Positions 38,943 through 53,500 of a DNA stretch of 64,000 nt are shown one piece after another. The translations under genes and the position numbers were made by a program. Numbering within the stretch: the stretch's first letter is position 1; each line of letters opens with the position of its first letter. Below the pieces are notes generated by a model that saw only the letters and a program-made list of their open reading frames with translations, ran no database searches and had not been told where the DNA came from. Source of the DNA: Eledone cirrhosa. Lineage: Eukaryota. The stretch is from NCBI GenBank assembly GCA_964016885.1, contig OZ024747.1, forward strand, positions 35,960,001 to 36,024,000, given 5' to 3'.

Positions 38943-39201
38943 ATTAAAGGTGGAAAACTGGGAGAGGGCACTTGCCTTGGTGGTCAGGGTCATTGTGGCT
39001 TTTTACTGGGCTTTCTCCACAAATGTCCCTCCGAAGTCTCCCCCCTATTGGGGAATTTTTCATTGTTATTTTCATTGTTATTTTTGTTACATCCTCTGTT
39101 TTTGTTTTTTACACGCAGAAATGCCCATTTGTACCGTCCTGCATTGTCCTGCACTGTCCTTAATGTCTACTTTATGTAAACCCTTGTGGTTAATAAAGAA
39201 A

Positions 39202-39251
<50 letters not shown>

Positions 39252-42200
39252 GGTCTAAGCGGACGTATTTTGCTCGCCCACAGTAAGTCGCTTTATTTGC
39301 CTGTTTAAATTATTTGTTGTTAAATAATTCTTGTTGTGTAAGGGATATAAGCCCTTAGACTTTGCCCCGTGAATGGGAAAGTATAATAATTGGGCATTTT
39401 GGCCCAAATATTTGAACTTTTTTTTACATGTTAAATAATTTACGAAGAAAAAAAAAATAACAAATACAACAACAATATCAACACCACTAAAATGAAAACA
39501 AATAGCGACAACACCAACAGCAAGAATACCAACTGCACCGAGAACAACGGTGGCAACAAAGACAACAATGATAACAGCGACAGTGCTAACAACAACACCA
39601 ACAAGAACAACGTCAACAACACCCCCAACGGAAACAAGACCACTTTCGCTGCGGCAGCAGCAAAAAAGAGGCCATGCTTCAACATGGACCTCTCAAACAA
39701 ATATGAAAAGTTGGCCCAGGCATGGAAACTCATCAAGCAAGTGCAAACTTGGGCCTACTTAACTGTCCCGGTAGAAGCTATTGAGGCAGTGGAGCGCAAA
39801 ACGGTGCATTATAGATGCATCTGACCACAAACCAAAAGGGCAGCGTTAATCCCACAAGAAGATGTCGATGTCGCGCTGAGGTGCCTCAGAGAAGACACCC
39901 AGTACATAGAGAGGGGCAGAGAGTACGGCACCATTTCGGTGTTGTACAAGTCAGAGGCCCTCGCTATGAAACACGCTATGGCTCCTTACAAAACCAGCAA
40001 GGTCATAATGTACCCCTCCCACATGGGAAAAAGAGCGGCCCGTCTCCGCATTCCCAGAATCCCACCAGGACTTGACATGTGGTGGCTTCTGGGATGAGTG
40101 ATTGTGGAGGGGACAGATACAGTCCCTATAGAAGTGACCAGAACGGCCAGAAAGGACTGGTCCGGGGTTGACCTGGAGATCCTTCTCCAGATCAGGCCCG
40201 AGAATGTGAACACAATCCCAGACCTCATCCGCTGTCATGGGACTGTCATTCACATTATGACGGAAGGCAAAAGGCCGCAGTGTTTTGTTTGTGGGGAAAA
40301 AACCCATTTGCGAGCCTTCTGCCCTCAACTGCTGAATGAGGCAAGGGGTCGAAAGGCTCCACTGCTGCCGACGCTGGGGCGAGGACCACAACCAACACCT
40401 GCACTGGCAAAACCACCAACAACAACACCAATAGAAAGACCACCAGCAACATTGACCACCCAGGGGGGAAACGAGGAAAGCTGTCAAATTCCCCCTCCCC
40501 CAAAAAATACACACACCAATAAAACCTTAAACATACATACAGACACACTTACAGACACAGACCCCTCATCTACCAGTAGTGAAGATGAGGGAAATCCCAA
40601 ATCCCCCAAAATACAAAAAAGGAAACACAAAAAGAGAAAAAAAACACAACAAAGCATAAAAGCAGACAATAAAAAACGCAGACGCCACCCACACAAACAT
40701 CTCTCCAATAACACCAACATCAACACCACCATCACCATCACCAGAATACCCCAAACGCAAACAACCGAAACAGACGCAAGAACAAATATACACACAAACA
40801 TCTGAAACCACAGACACTGCACTCACGACAAACACAGATACAACCGAAACAACGCCACCAAAACATTCACCACCACGGCCACGCAAACAAATAAAATCAC
40901 ACCAACAAAATATACAAAACTCCGTGCTCGTCAGGGGAGGGGCCAACAAGGAACTGATGGCCCTCGAAAGGACGAAGTGAAAATATTCAAAAAGTGGGGA
41001 AATTTTTAAATCGAGCACATTTCGCGTGCCGGAAGATTTGGTTCTGGTGCGAATGTCGCTCGACATATTCAAAGAAATACGAGACAGATTTCCTCGGGAC
41101 GTGGGAACCACGAACGTAAAACCCACTTCACGACTTTTAAAGGGGTTCCCAAAAGAAACACCACTAACTATGGAGGTCGAACAACCCGACCTTCACAAGA
41201 GCCCGGAAGGTAAGTAAACCTTCCTCTCTCTCTGTTTAACCTGCCAACATGGCCGTATTAAGAGTAGGATGTTTAAAAGTTCGAGGCCTGGGATCGTCCT
41301 GAAAGCAGGGTCAGCTGCTCAACGACCTCAGGTCTATAGAAATGGATGTAATTGCAGTCAGCGAGACAAGGATTTCTGACATGCGCGCACTAGCCCCCAT
41401 TTTCGACGACTATCAGATCTTTTTATCTGTTAGCTGGCCGGGAATGCGAGGCGGGGTGGCAGTGCTGTTTAGGAAAGGCCTGGATCTCGAGGTAAGGTCG
41501 ATCTTCCGGGACCCAGACGGGAAGTTGGTGGTCCTGGACGTGAAAAATAATGGTGGTGCCTTTAGACTGGTGGCCGACTATGCTCCTACTGGGGCAGGAC
41601 GGCCGGACTTCTTTAGACGCCTGGAAGCCTTTCTGGGTACGTCTCGCCCTTTATTGTTAGCGGGGGACTGGAACGGCATCTTAGACGCACGCTGGGACTG
41701 TGTGGGAGTATCCGATAGGAGCGGGGGGTGCAAAAGCCTCAAGAACCTGATCAGCCAGTTCCAACTGTCTGACAGGTACCGACTAGATTTCCCTAATGCG
41801 CCAGTGTGGACCTGGGCTAACCGGAAAGGGTCATCTAGATCGTATATAGACAGGATATTCATTAGGAAAATAGACAGAAATAGTGTAAGCTGTCCACGTT
41901 TTGAAACGGTCGCATATTCAGATCAATTAGTTTGTGATCTGTATGGTCGACCTAGATAAGACGCGTAGGTTAGGACCTGGTTACTGGAAGCTAAACATGT
42001 CATTTCCGGCACGTAATGCTTACAGGGACCAGGTCAACAATTTAGTTAAGAAAAAGTTGACAAGGGGTGTCGTCAACAATAGATGGGGGGGGGGGGCTCT
42101 CAAAAGACAGATTAGAGTAATGTCGAATGAGTTTAGCAAAGAAGTAGGATTAGAGAAAAATAGAAAGGAGGGGGAGTTGGTAGATAAGTTAGACGAGGCT

Positions 42201-44661
42201 ATTGGTAGTGGCATTGCAACTGACGTGCTAGCTGCGAGAAGTGGCGGGTCAGAGATGGTGGCGGACTTCAGTCCCTACCTCGATGGCTTGCCGCAACTCT
42301 CGACGGCTGACACTGGGCGCTGCGAAAGGCCAATTACTTCAGCCGAGATTCACGATGCCCTTGCAGGCTGCATGAGGCGCAAGTCACCCGATTTAGATGG
42401 TCTGCCCTACGAGCTTTACGTAAATATGCCAGGTTTGTACTCCAAACTTCTCGAATCCCTCTACTGCAACTGGCACAAAACGGGAATATTCCCAGTTCTG
42501 TGAGCGTAGTGACGCTGATAAGGAAAGACGAGAACAAGAGGACACATTAGACAATTTCAGGCCCATAACTCTGCTCAACACAGAGTTTAAGATTGTTGCC
42601 AGGGTGTTAGCGAAGAGTTTGGAGCTTGTCGTCGAGCATTTGGTCGGGGAGGCGCAAACTTGCGCAATCCCAACAAGGTCCATACACGACAACCTCCACC
42701 TAATGCGATACATCATAAAGAGGGTAGGGTGTAAACCTGGCTTCGGTGGGGCTCTGATCAATTTAGATCAATCGAAAGCATTCGATAGGGTCAACCATCG
42801 GTACCTGGAGGCTGTCCTCAAGGCGGCTGGCTTCGGCCCCGTCTTCAGAAGCTGGATCGCTGCAATGCACAGCGGCACCTGCTCTATGGTCAAAATTAAT
42901 GGCCACCTCTCGGAACCGTTTCAGGTCTCCCGATTGGTCCGTCAAGGGTGCCCTCTCTCCTCCCTTCTGTACGTATTGACTCTCGAGCCTTTACTGCGGA
43001 AGCTGGAGCTGCTGCAGGGCATCCCGCTCGAACCGGGACGCGGAAAGGCTGTGTCAGCTTATGCGGACGACATCACCGTGATGGTGTCGGACACCTCAGA
43101 AATCGAGGTGGTCGGCAACTTATTGGAGGAATAAGAAAGGTTGACGGGAGCAAAACTTAACCCGGAATAGTCAGTAGGCTTGCAACTCGGTACCTGGAGA
43201 CGCAAGTCCATGCCGTCCAACAGGGTCGTTAAGCGCTGGACGGACGGACTGGTAAAGTTGCTAGGGATTTGGTTCGGGCCAGACCTCCAGCTGGATAAGA
43301 ATTGGGACGAGATGACGGGAAGGGTATTCAGTCTCACCCAGAAATGGGCTGGGATGAAGCTATAACAGAAAGGTCGGGCGAAGGTGGCGAACGCGTCCGT
43401 CATCTACTACCGTCTGACTGTCGTCCCTTGCCCCCGTTCGCGCCTTGCCATCTTCGAGCGGCTCCTCTTCAAATTATTGTGGAGGGGTCACGTTCCGCTG
43501 GTGAGGCGGTCCATCTGCTGCCAGCACCCTCTACGTGGAAGGCTGGGCATGCCGTGGCTAATGATGCGCAGGAACGCGCTGAGGCTGCGGCATCTCCAGA
43601 TATTCTGCCTAAACGGTGAACAGGTGTGGTCGCCGTTTGTCAGACGGGCCTTTCCGCAGCTCGTTTCTTCGACTGAGTTGCAGCCTGGGTCAAAAAGAGA
43701 CCGAAACTGGGTGACTGGCATCTGGAATGTTGCCAGGCACTCACTGCCCTCTGCCAGGCGGGCAATATGGTCAGTGGAACTTCCACTCTCGAGTTCTATA
43801 GAGGATTAGTGGTGGGCAAGTGCGACAACGCACTCGGAGAGGCTCTGGGAGTCAACGAAGTCGAACTAACCAGTCTGTACCGGAGGACTTTCGAGCCGGG
43901 AACGATGGATAATTTCCAAAAATCCCTCGCTTGGCAGTGCTACCGGGGGGTACTGCCGGTTCGAGATAAACTCTACAGGCACGGAAGTGCTGTCAGACGA
44001 ACTTGCCCGACATGCTCGCAGAGCGACGAAACGGTTCTGCACGCACTCGTTCAGTGTCCGTGCACTACTGACTTGTGGAGTTATGTTGAACAGCTGTTGT
44101 CGCGTGTAGAACGGATCCGGCTATCGGCCGAGTCCATAGTGAAGATCGACCCGCCGCCTTCTTGTGGCCAGGAAGGGCAGACAATTTTCCTCTGACTGGT
44201 GGCAGTAGCGAAAGAGGTTGTATGGTGGACGAGGTTGAAAGGACTGAAGACAGACACTTTTCTCTTCGGCCAATCCCTCATCAACTTTTTCAAGTTTCAC
44301 TTGGAAAGGAAGGTGAGGGTGGAGAGAGAAGTGCTGCCCTCCAGTACATTTGCTGAAAGGTGGGTGAATGTGGCGAGAATGGCCCGTGTGAGTGGGCCTA
44401 CTCTGGGTAGGTAAATTTGTATAGGATAGGGTGCTCTTCCAGGGTGCTCTCGAAGCGTCGGGTCGTTCAGGACTGGTGGGGTACCTGAGCGAACCCTATT
44501 GGCGAATTTTTTCTTGTTGTAATGCTCTTGTTACTTTATTGTTGCTTTGTTATTGTTAATATGTCTATTCATATTGTTTACTCGATTTTTCTGTAAAACC
44601 CCACTGTCCAAGTCTTTTGTATTGTCCACTATATGTCGGCCCTTGTGGCCAATAAATGAAA

Positions 44662-44663
<2 letters not shown>
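39252..44663 (+). mobile_element. Tx1/L1-type LINE copy T3 (divergent family, ORF1 type 3), degenerate
   Basis: CFVCGEKTHLRAFC; ORF2 from ATG 41249 to about 44414 with APE/RT motifs, many stops and an internal deletion near 42240. Ends AATAAATGAAATC before (ATT)n. Confidence 0.92.
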
Positions 44664-44717
<54 letters not shown>

Positions 44718-47700
44718 GGCGACCTACGTAGTAAATCGTATCTTCGTGAGCTCCGCAAAGGTTTGTTATTTTCAATTGTTCAAAATTGCCATTCATGGAA
44801 AACGTTATTGCTAACTGTATATAAGTGCACATACATTGTTATCTGAAAAGGACACCCAAAAAGATTGGCGCCTTGATCCCAAAATTTAAACTTTTGTAAT
44901 TATCAAACAAAAATATTTCTTTGAAACATCATGGCTGACTCAGAGTCACTCCTTTCTCACAAACTAACACCTCACACCGACACCACCATTGTAAATATTA
45001 ATACGTTTGCCAACACAAAAGAAATTTAAGCAGTAGCAATATTTTAAATTTGTCTCAGGCAGACATTCATTTCCCGCCATTACCAATGACTGCAGGTGTT
45101 AAAGCCGCCACCACCACCACCCCCGCGACAACCCCCTCCCCCCAACCACCAGCACGACAACCCCCTCCCCCCAACCACCACCACCGCGACAACAGAAACA
45201 AAATAAAAAAAAATAAATTAACTCGTGATATCGAAATGAATTCAACCAAAATTAACTCTTCCACACTGAACACCACTGACGCCACCACCACCACAACTGA
45301 AACTAAAATTAATAACGATAACAACAACAGCAACAATGACATTAAGAAAACCAGCCTGAGTTTTGCAAGAGTAGCAAAACAGTGCGAAGCATTTCACGTA
45401 ACACATGAGGAATTAGAAGAAGCGAAAAAAATGGTAAAGAAAGATGGGAACAGGGTCAGCCTCCCCCCCCCCCCCCACTTAATAAAATGGAGCATCGGCG
45501 CCTATGCACCGTGTTTTATCGAACAATTAATATAAAATCGCGCCGAGTGGAACGGGCATCCAAGTCCCAAATCCAAAAGCTTTGGGACATGTGTGGGCAA
45601 ATAAAAACAAACATCAGACGTGGGCAGAAGTATGGAACCGTGGAGGTGTTCTTTGAAACACCACAGGAGGCTAGAGAACACTCCATGGCCCCATTAAGAA
45701 GTGACGACTTCACACTCGTCCCAAACTATTGTGGCCAGAGACTGGTAAACATCAGGGCCACCCACGTTCCACCGGCCATCGAAATTCCCTGGCTAATAGC
45801 TGCCGTCCTCGCCGGCATCGAAGCCAACACCAAGATAATCGAAATAGCGAAAGAAAAGCAGGAGAACTGCTCCGGATCTGGGATGGAGCTCCTGATCCAA
45901 GCGGACCAAAAAAGCATTGAGGAGATCCCAGAGGTAATAGACCTCACTGACGGCAGCCACCTCACCGTAATTGTCGAGGGTAGAAGACCTAGGTGTGTCG
46001 TTTGTGGTGAAGGAACCCACCTAAGGGCTTTCTGCCCTCAGGCTAAAAGGTTGTGGCCACCTCTCCTACCCACCCCAGTGACTCAACCATCAACACCACC
46101 AGCAGCAGAGATAGCAGCAACAAATGTAGCAGCAACAACAAAAGCAACTGTAACAGCAACAACCCCAGCAACAGTAGCAAAACCAACACCACCACCACCC
46201 AACGCGCCAGAACTAGCACCAGCCCATACATCATCCACCACGCCACAAACAAAACTAACGCCTATGGAGGATTTTCCAATCCCCGGCCTATCACAACTGG
46301 AGACAGATTGTGACGACGAGGAGTGGGAAACGGTATCAGGAAAAAAAGAAAAAAAGAAACCAAAAAAGAAAAAAATTCTCTTCCTTCCCACTCCAAAAAC
46401 AAAATACAGAGGGAAACACATAAACTATCAAACAAAAAAGTTAGGACAGATATGCCACCATTCACACCAGCATCACCAACCCCATCACCCCAAACACCAA
46501 AACCATCAGCATCATTAACCCCAACACCACCATCACCTACACCACAGAAGTCACCAAAAAGCGAAACAGAAACAAACCCACAACAAACACAAACAAAACA
46601 AAACAACCAAAACGATACACACTACACAGCATTAAATTTGAACAACAACCAATTATTACACTACATCTAACACAACACCAGCATCACAGAAACAGACTAC
46701 ACAACAACCCAAAAGTTCACACCTTCTCCACACATACAAATCACTCGCATCACACAGAAAACGTACATGACACTAAAACAAACATTCCCCAAAGACATCG
46801 GAGACTTCCGACAAGCACTCTCTAGGAGGATTTATAAGGAAATCCTTCCGGAGGAGGCCACAGGCAGTGAAAAGGATGAAGAAACCATCCTTCCTCTACG
46901 AGAAGTAAGGTAAGTGGTCTTTCCCATCTTTTCCACTCCATTTCAACATGACCTCACTCAGAATAAGCAGCATAAATGCGCGTGGCTTGGGGTCGTCATG
47001 GAAGCAGGGCCACCTGCTCAACGACCCCAGGTCACTAAAGATAGATGTAGTGGCCATCAGCGAGATCAGAATCTCCGAAGGACGGGCCTTAGCACCGATC
47101 TTCGGCGCCTACAATGTGCACGCTTTTCCCAGCTGTCCTGGATCGGCTGTGCTTTTTAGGAGAGGTTTGGATCTCGCCATACGTACCATCTTCTTGGACC
47201 CATAAGGTAAGTTGGTGGTGCTGGACATCCAGCGGTGACGGGCAAGCTTTCACGCTAGTGGCCGTGTATGCCCCGACAGGAGCAGCAGGGGGGGCCTGTA
47301 TTTCTTCCGGCGTCTGGAGACCTTTCTTGGAACGTCCCGCTCTTTAGTGTTAGTGAGCGACTGGAACGGGATCTTAGATGCCCGCTGGGACTGTGTGGGA
47401 TTAGCGGAGAGGGGAGGAGGGTGCAAGAGCCTCACCAACCTGCTCAGGCGTTTTGAACTGTCTGACAGGTATCGATTAGATTTCCCGAATGTGCCAATGT
47501 GGACTTGGACAAATCGCATAGAGTAATAGATAGGTCTAGCATAGGCTGTACACAATTCGTCATCTGTGTGCTTGACTTAGATAGGCTTCATAGACGCGGA
47601 CCCGTCTACTGGAAGCTAAACGCATCCTTACCAGTGCGCAAGGCCGACAGGGACCGGATTAGCGAACTAGTTAAGCGGGTCTTGACGGGGGACATCGTCA

Positions 47701-50537
47701 ACAACAAGTGGTGGTTTGCTCTGAAAAGAGCGATTAGAATAGAGTCCATTAGATTTAGTAAGGCTTTAGCAATAGAGAACAATAGAGCAGAGGGAGAATT
47801 AGTTAGAAAATTAGACGAGGCGCTTTGCAAAGGCATCGCGACCAATGTACTTGCGGCGAAATTGGCCCTTGACCAATTCTTCAATGCAAAGCACGAAGGC
47901 TGCGTTGTCAGAGTGAGGTTGAGTGCTCTCAGACACGAGGGGACGAAAGCCGTTCAATGGGGCCGAGTGGCGGAGGCGCGTCGTGGAAACAAAGCCACGA
48001 TCCGGTCTTTGGTGGACCACGACGGGCGAATGCTACTCGATCCCGGGCAAATGTGTGAAGCTTTCCAGCGACACTTCGCCCAGATGTTCGGCGGCAGCGG
48101 CGGGCCGGATCGAGGGATGGACTTTAATGTCTACCTCGACGGACTGCCGCGGCTCTCAGCCACTGAGGCGGAGTGTTGCGAAAATTAATAACAGCCGCTG
48201 AAGTACAGGAGACAATGACTGGCTGCACAAGGGGTAAGTCCCCTGGTTTGGATGGTCTGCTCTATGAACTTTACGTACATATTCCAGACGTGTTCGGAGG
48301 CCTCTTGGAGGACGTCTACTGCAACTGGCAACAGAACGGGAGAATTCCCAGCTCTGTGAGCCGAGGAACTGTGGCGCTGCTGAGAAAGGATCCAAACAAG
48401 GGGGATGACATAGATAAGTTTAGACCCATAACTCTGCTAAACACAGAGTTCAAGATTTTGGCCAAGTTGCTAGCAAAGAGGTTGGCGCATGTCGTTGGTG
48501 GTCTGGTGGGAGAGGCGCAGACGTGCGCCATTCCGGACAGATCCATCCACGACATCCTCTACCTCATGCGATACATCGTAGAGAGGGTAATTAGGGAACC
48601 TGGCACGGGTGGGTCCTTGATCAATTTAGATCAGTCGAAAGCTTTCGATAGGGTCGACCATCGTTACCTAGCGGCAGTCCTGAGGGCGGCTGGCTTTGGG
48701 CCCGTCTTCAGAGGCTGGATCGCTGTCATGCACAGCGACATCTGTTCTGTGGTGAGAGTGAACGGTCACCTTTCGGAACCGTTCAACATCATGCGCTCGG
48801 TCCACCAAGGATGTCCCCTCTCGTCCCTTTTGTACGTATTGACTCTCGAGCACTAACTGCACAAACTGGAGACGTTGAGGGGGTCCCTGGCGAACTACGA
48901 TGCGGAAGATCCGTGTCAGCATATGCGGACGATGTCACCGTAGTGGTGTCGAACGCCAATCACACCGAGGCGATCGGCACTACACTAAGAGAATACGAAG
49001 CGGTGACAGGAACAATGAGCAACCAGGAAAAGTCATTGGGCCTGCAGCTCGGCACCTGGGGAGTCAGGTCCATGCCGTCCAACAGCGTCGTCGGGCGCTG
49101 GACGGACGTACCGGTTAAATTGCAAGGGGTCTGGTTCGGTCCGGACCACCAGACGGACAAAAACTGGGGCGAGGTGACGTGCAGGGTGGCTTCTCTCACC
49201 TAGAAATGGGCGGAGTGGAAGCTATCCCTGAAAGGTCGAGCGAAGGTGGCTACCGCGTACATTGCGTCCGTCATCTACTACCGCCTGACCGTCGTACCTT
49301 GTCTTAAGCCCCGCCTAACTGCGCTGGAGCGTTTGCTCTTTCGCTTTTTGTGGAAGGGACGCGCTCCGATGGTCAGGCGGTCCATCTGCTGCCAACACCC
49401 GCTACGTGGAGGGCTGGGCTTGCCGTGGCTGATGATGCGCAGACACGCGCTCAGGCTATGGCATCTCCACCTCTTCCTCGATGGTGATCAGGTGTGGTCG
49501 CTGTTTGCTAGACGCGTCTTTCCCAGCTCGTCTCCTTGACGGAGCTGCAGTCCTGAGTCAAGCAAAGACCGAGAGGGAGCGCTTGGAGATTGGAATATCT
49601 TCAGGCGCTCACAGCCCTCGACCAATCGGGCAATGTGATCGGTGGAAACTCCACCTTGACGTTCTATAGAGGATTAGTGGAGGGGAAGGGCGATGACGTA
49701 CTTGGAGAAACTCTAGCCGTCGACGAAAATCAACTAGCCAAACTCTTCGGAAGAACTTTCGGGCCGGGTCCTATGGATACATTCCAGAAATTCCCGGGCT
49801 GGAAGTGCTACGGAGGAGCTTTGCCAGTTCGGGATAAACTTTACAGGCATGGAGGTGCCGTCAGCCGGGCATGTCCGAGATTCGCGCAGGGCGACGAAAC
49901 CGTCCTGCCCACACTCGTCCAGTGTCTGAGCATTGCTGACTTGTGGGTTTATGTCGAACACCTGCTGTCGCGTGTAGGACGGATCCAGCTATCAGCTGAG
50001 TCCATCATGAGGATTGCCCCGCCCTCTTCCTTTAGCCGGGAAGGGCAGGCAGTTTTTATCTGTCTGGTGGCCATGGCGAAAGGGATAGTATGGTGGACAC
50101 GTTTGAAAGGGCTGAAGACGTGCACTTCCCTCTTCGGTGATGCCCTGATTAACTTTTTCAAATTCATTTAAAAAAGGAAAATCAGGGTAGAAAGGGAAGT
50201 GCTCTCTTCCCAACATTCTGTTGAAAGATGGGTGAGAGAGGCAATAATAACCCGAGTGAATGGGTCTACTCTGAGTATGTGTCTGTAAATTAAAGGTGGA
50301 AAACTGGGAGAGGGCACATGCCCTGTTGACAGGGTCACTGCGGCTTTTTAATGGGCTTTCTCCACGAATATCCGTCGGAAGTCACCCCCCTATTGGGGAA
50401 TTTTTTCATTGTTCTATTTTTAAATCCTCTGTTTCTTATTTTTTACACGCAGAAATGCCCATTTTTACCGCCCTGCATTGTCCTGTACTGTCCTTAATGT
50501 CTACTTTATGTAAACCCTTGTGGTTAATTAAGAAAGC
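44718..50537 (+). mobile_element. Tx1/L1-type LINE copy T4, full length, degenerate (same family as T1)
   Basis: Same 5' end GGCGACCTACGTAG as T1 and colinear throughout, with several small deletions and stops. Confidence 0.93.
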
Positions 50538-50573
50538 ATTATTATTATGATTATTATTATTACTATTATTATT

Positions 50574-53500
50574 GTTATTGTTATTCCTTGAATCTCAGTC
50601 ATTGATGTTGGTTAACTGGAAAGTCCGTTGGATTGAATATCAAGCCACTACCTGCAGCCTCAGATATTCAGGACGTATCGGAGGGTTCTTGCCGTTCCAA
50701 GCAAGCATGCCTTTTGAAGCGTTCCAAAAAGCGTGAAGGGGCCGATTTTCTTTAACCATCCCTGGAAACCTTTGGAGATAGTCCCCAGTGCGCCTATGAC
50801 AATCGGGATCACTTTGACTTCATGGCAGTTCCAAATCCTTTTCACCTCCCACTTTAGGTCCTGGTATCGGTTAATTTTCTCCCTCTCCTTCTCTTGCACT
50901 CTCGTGTCGAACGGGCAGGCCACATCCACAATCAGGCACGGTCTTTTTTCTTTGTCCACAACCACCAGGTCAGGTCTATTGTGTTCCAGTTTTTTGTCCG
51001 TCTGTATCCTAAAATCCCACAGCACCTTCACCTGACTGTTCTCCATCACCGCCTCTGGCCTATGCTCATACCATTTCTCAGAATGTGGTAGATTGTTTAC
51101 TTTGCACAGGTGCCAGTGGATCACCCTGCCCATCACATGGTGTCTCCAGCCCTTATAGTGGGTCTGGGCTAGGTGTTTACACTCGGACACAATGTGAGCC
51201 ACAGTCTCCTCTCTCTCTCCACAGATCCTGCACAGTGGGCTAGCCTCCTCCTTGTAGATATGGTGCTTCAACCACTTCGTTTTGAGGGCCTGCTCCTGCG
51301 CAGCCATTAGCATTCCTTCTGTAGCCTTTTTGAGGTCTCCTCTTCTCAACCAGTTCCATGTCTGTGGATCTCTAAATTCAGTTTTCTCAAAGAAGGTACT
51401 ATGAAGGGATTTTCCCTTAAGGATGCTCTTCCTCCTTGATGTTATTTCCTCCTTGGATATCCCCTGGCCTACTGTCCCCTCCTTCAGTACAGCTCTGAGC
51501 ATTGGCTCCTTACTATAGGTCACGTATTTGTATAGGTTGTTTTTCTCCATCTGAACACAGTCCTCTATGCTGATAAGACCTCTTCCACCGTCAGATCTCC
51601 TTAGGTAGAGTCTATCGACATCACTCCTCTTGTGGAACATGTTGTAGATAGTCAATAGCTTCCTAGTCTTTCTATCCATTTCTTTTTGTTCAGCAACATT
51701 CCATCTCAGAATTCCCGCACTGTACCTAATAATAGACACAGCTCGGGAATTTACTGCGCTTATGGCATTTCTGCTGTTCAGATGTGACTTCAATACGCTC
51801 CTTACTCTCCGAATGTATTCAGTTCTTAACAATTCCTTCATTTTTTTGTTCTTTATGCCATCAGCCTCCAGAACGCCCAAATACTTGTATCCTTCCTCAG
51901 AGTCAATTTCCTTTATCATCTCACCTGTTGGTATCTGGATCCCGTTACTTCTGCTCAACCTACCCCTCTTCATCACAATGACTCCACATTTACCAATACC
52001 AAACTGCATACATATATCACTGCTGAAAATACGGACAGTGTCAACAAGCACATCCAACTCCTTCTCACTTTTCCCGAAGAGCTTAAGATCGTCCATGAAG
52101 AGGAGGTGATTGATGGTAAGCTCTCCCCTTCCCAACTTGTATCCTGCTCTCACTTTTCGCAGCATAATGGTCAAGGGCATCAGGGCAAGGACAAACAACA
52201 GAGGGGACAGGCTATCTCCCTGGAAGATACCTCTCTTGATCTTCACGCTTCCCAAGGATACTCCAGTTGATGTCAACTCTGTCTCCCAGGACCCCATACT
52301 CCTGCCCAGCAACTGTCTGATGTTATCTGCCACCCTGAAGATCTCCAGGCTTTTGGTGATCCAGGAATGAGGCACCATGTCAAATGCCTTTCTGTAGTCT
52401 ATCCATCCCATGGCAAGATCAGTGTGTCTCCTCCTGCAATTCCCCATTACCATCTTATCAATAAGCAACTGGTCCTTTGTACCACGTGACTTCTTTCGGC
52501 ATCCTTTCTGTTCGTCCGGTAACAAGTTGTTTGTGTGGAGGTGATGGTAGATTTCCTCAGACACAATGCTCGTCAACAGTTTCCACATTACGGGCAGACA
52601 TGTGATAGGTCTATAGTTGGTAACATCATTACCCTTGATTCGGTCTTTCATTATCAGAACTGTAGTACCTTTTGTCAACCACTCTGGCACCTCACCCGAC
52701 ACCAAGCAGTCATTGAACATGGCCGTCAGCTTCGGGTGGAGGGATGTTAAATGTTTAATCCAATACCCCTGCACACCATCTGGGCCTGGTGATTTCCAGT
52801 TGGTTAGTTTTTTGGCTTGCCCCTTAAGAGTTTCAACTGTGATACTCAAATCAGTCTGTTGTTGTGCCTGCTCACCGATCTCCCTCTGTACTGTCTCAAT
52901 CCACCCTGCCTGGGCATTGTGTCTAACATCCTGCTCCCATATTCCTCTCCAGAATGTTTTAGCTTGTTCCGCCCCAGGGATCAAGTCGTTGCCTCTTTCT
53001 TTCCCCTCAAGCTGTCCAAACAGCATCTTCTGGTTGTTGTCGAACATGCGGTTCTGTTTATACTGACTGACTCTGTTCTCGTATCGCCTGATTTTGGCAC
53101 TCTTTGCTACAATGCGATGCTTCAATTCCTCTATGATAATATTTAGCTTTTTACTCCTAGTTTTGTATTTTATTTCCAGTCTATTTTTAGTGCCTATGTT
53201 TTTTAGTGTCCCATTCAGTAGTGACTCAAGCTTTCCTATGTCATTTCTCATTTCCCCGATTTGCCCACTCAGTCGCTTCTTCCACCACGGCTCTGCTCTT
53301 TCTTGTCTGTTGTTTCCTCTCGCTTTTATACCAAGTAGTTTCCTCACCGTATTTGCTGTTGCTTTGAGGATATTGTTGCACTGGTGAAGACTCCTCGCCT
53401 CAAGGTATGGGATGACTTTGTTTACCTTAGCTGTTGTTTCTTTTAACTTTTTCCTGTCTACAAATCTTAGGTTCATAGGTCTCCCACTATCATTGTTCAA

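Larger units (their letters stand above)
34145..39203 (+). mobile_element. Tx1/L1-type LINE copy T2 (ORF1 type 2, APE domain deleted)
   Basis: Distinct 5' UTR and ORF1. ORF2 and 3' UTR are near-identical to T1 from T1 position about 22580. (ATT)n on both sides. Confidence 0.93.
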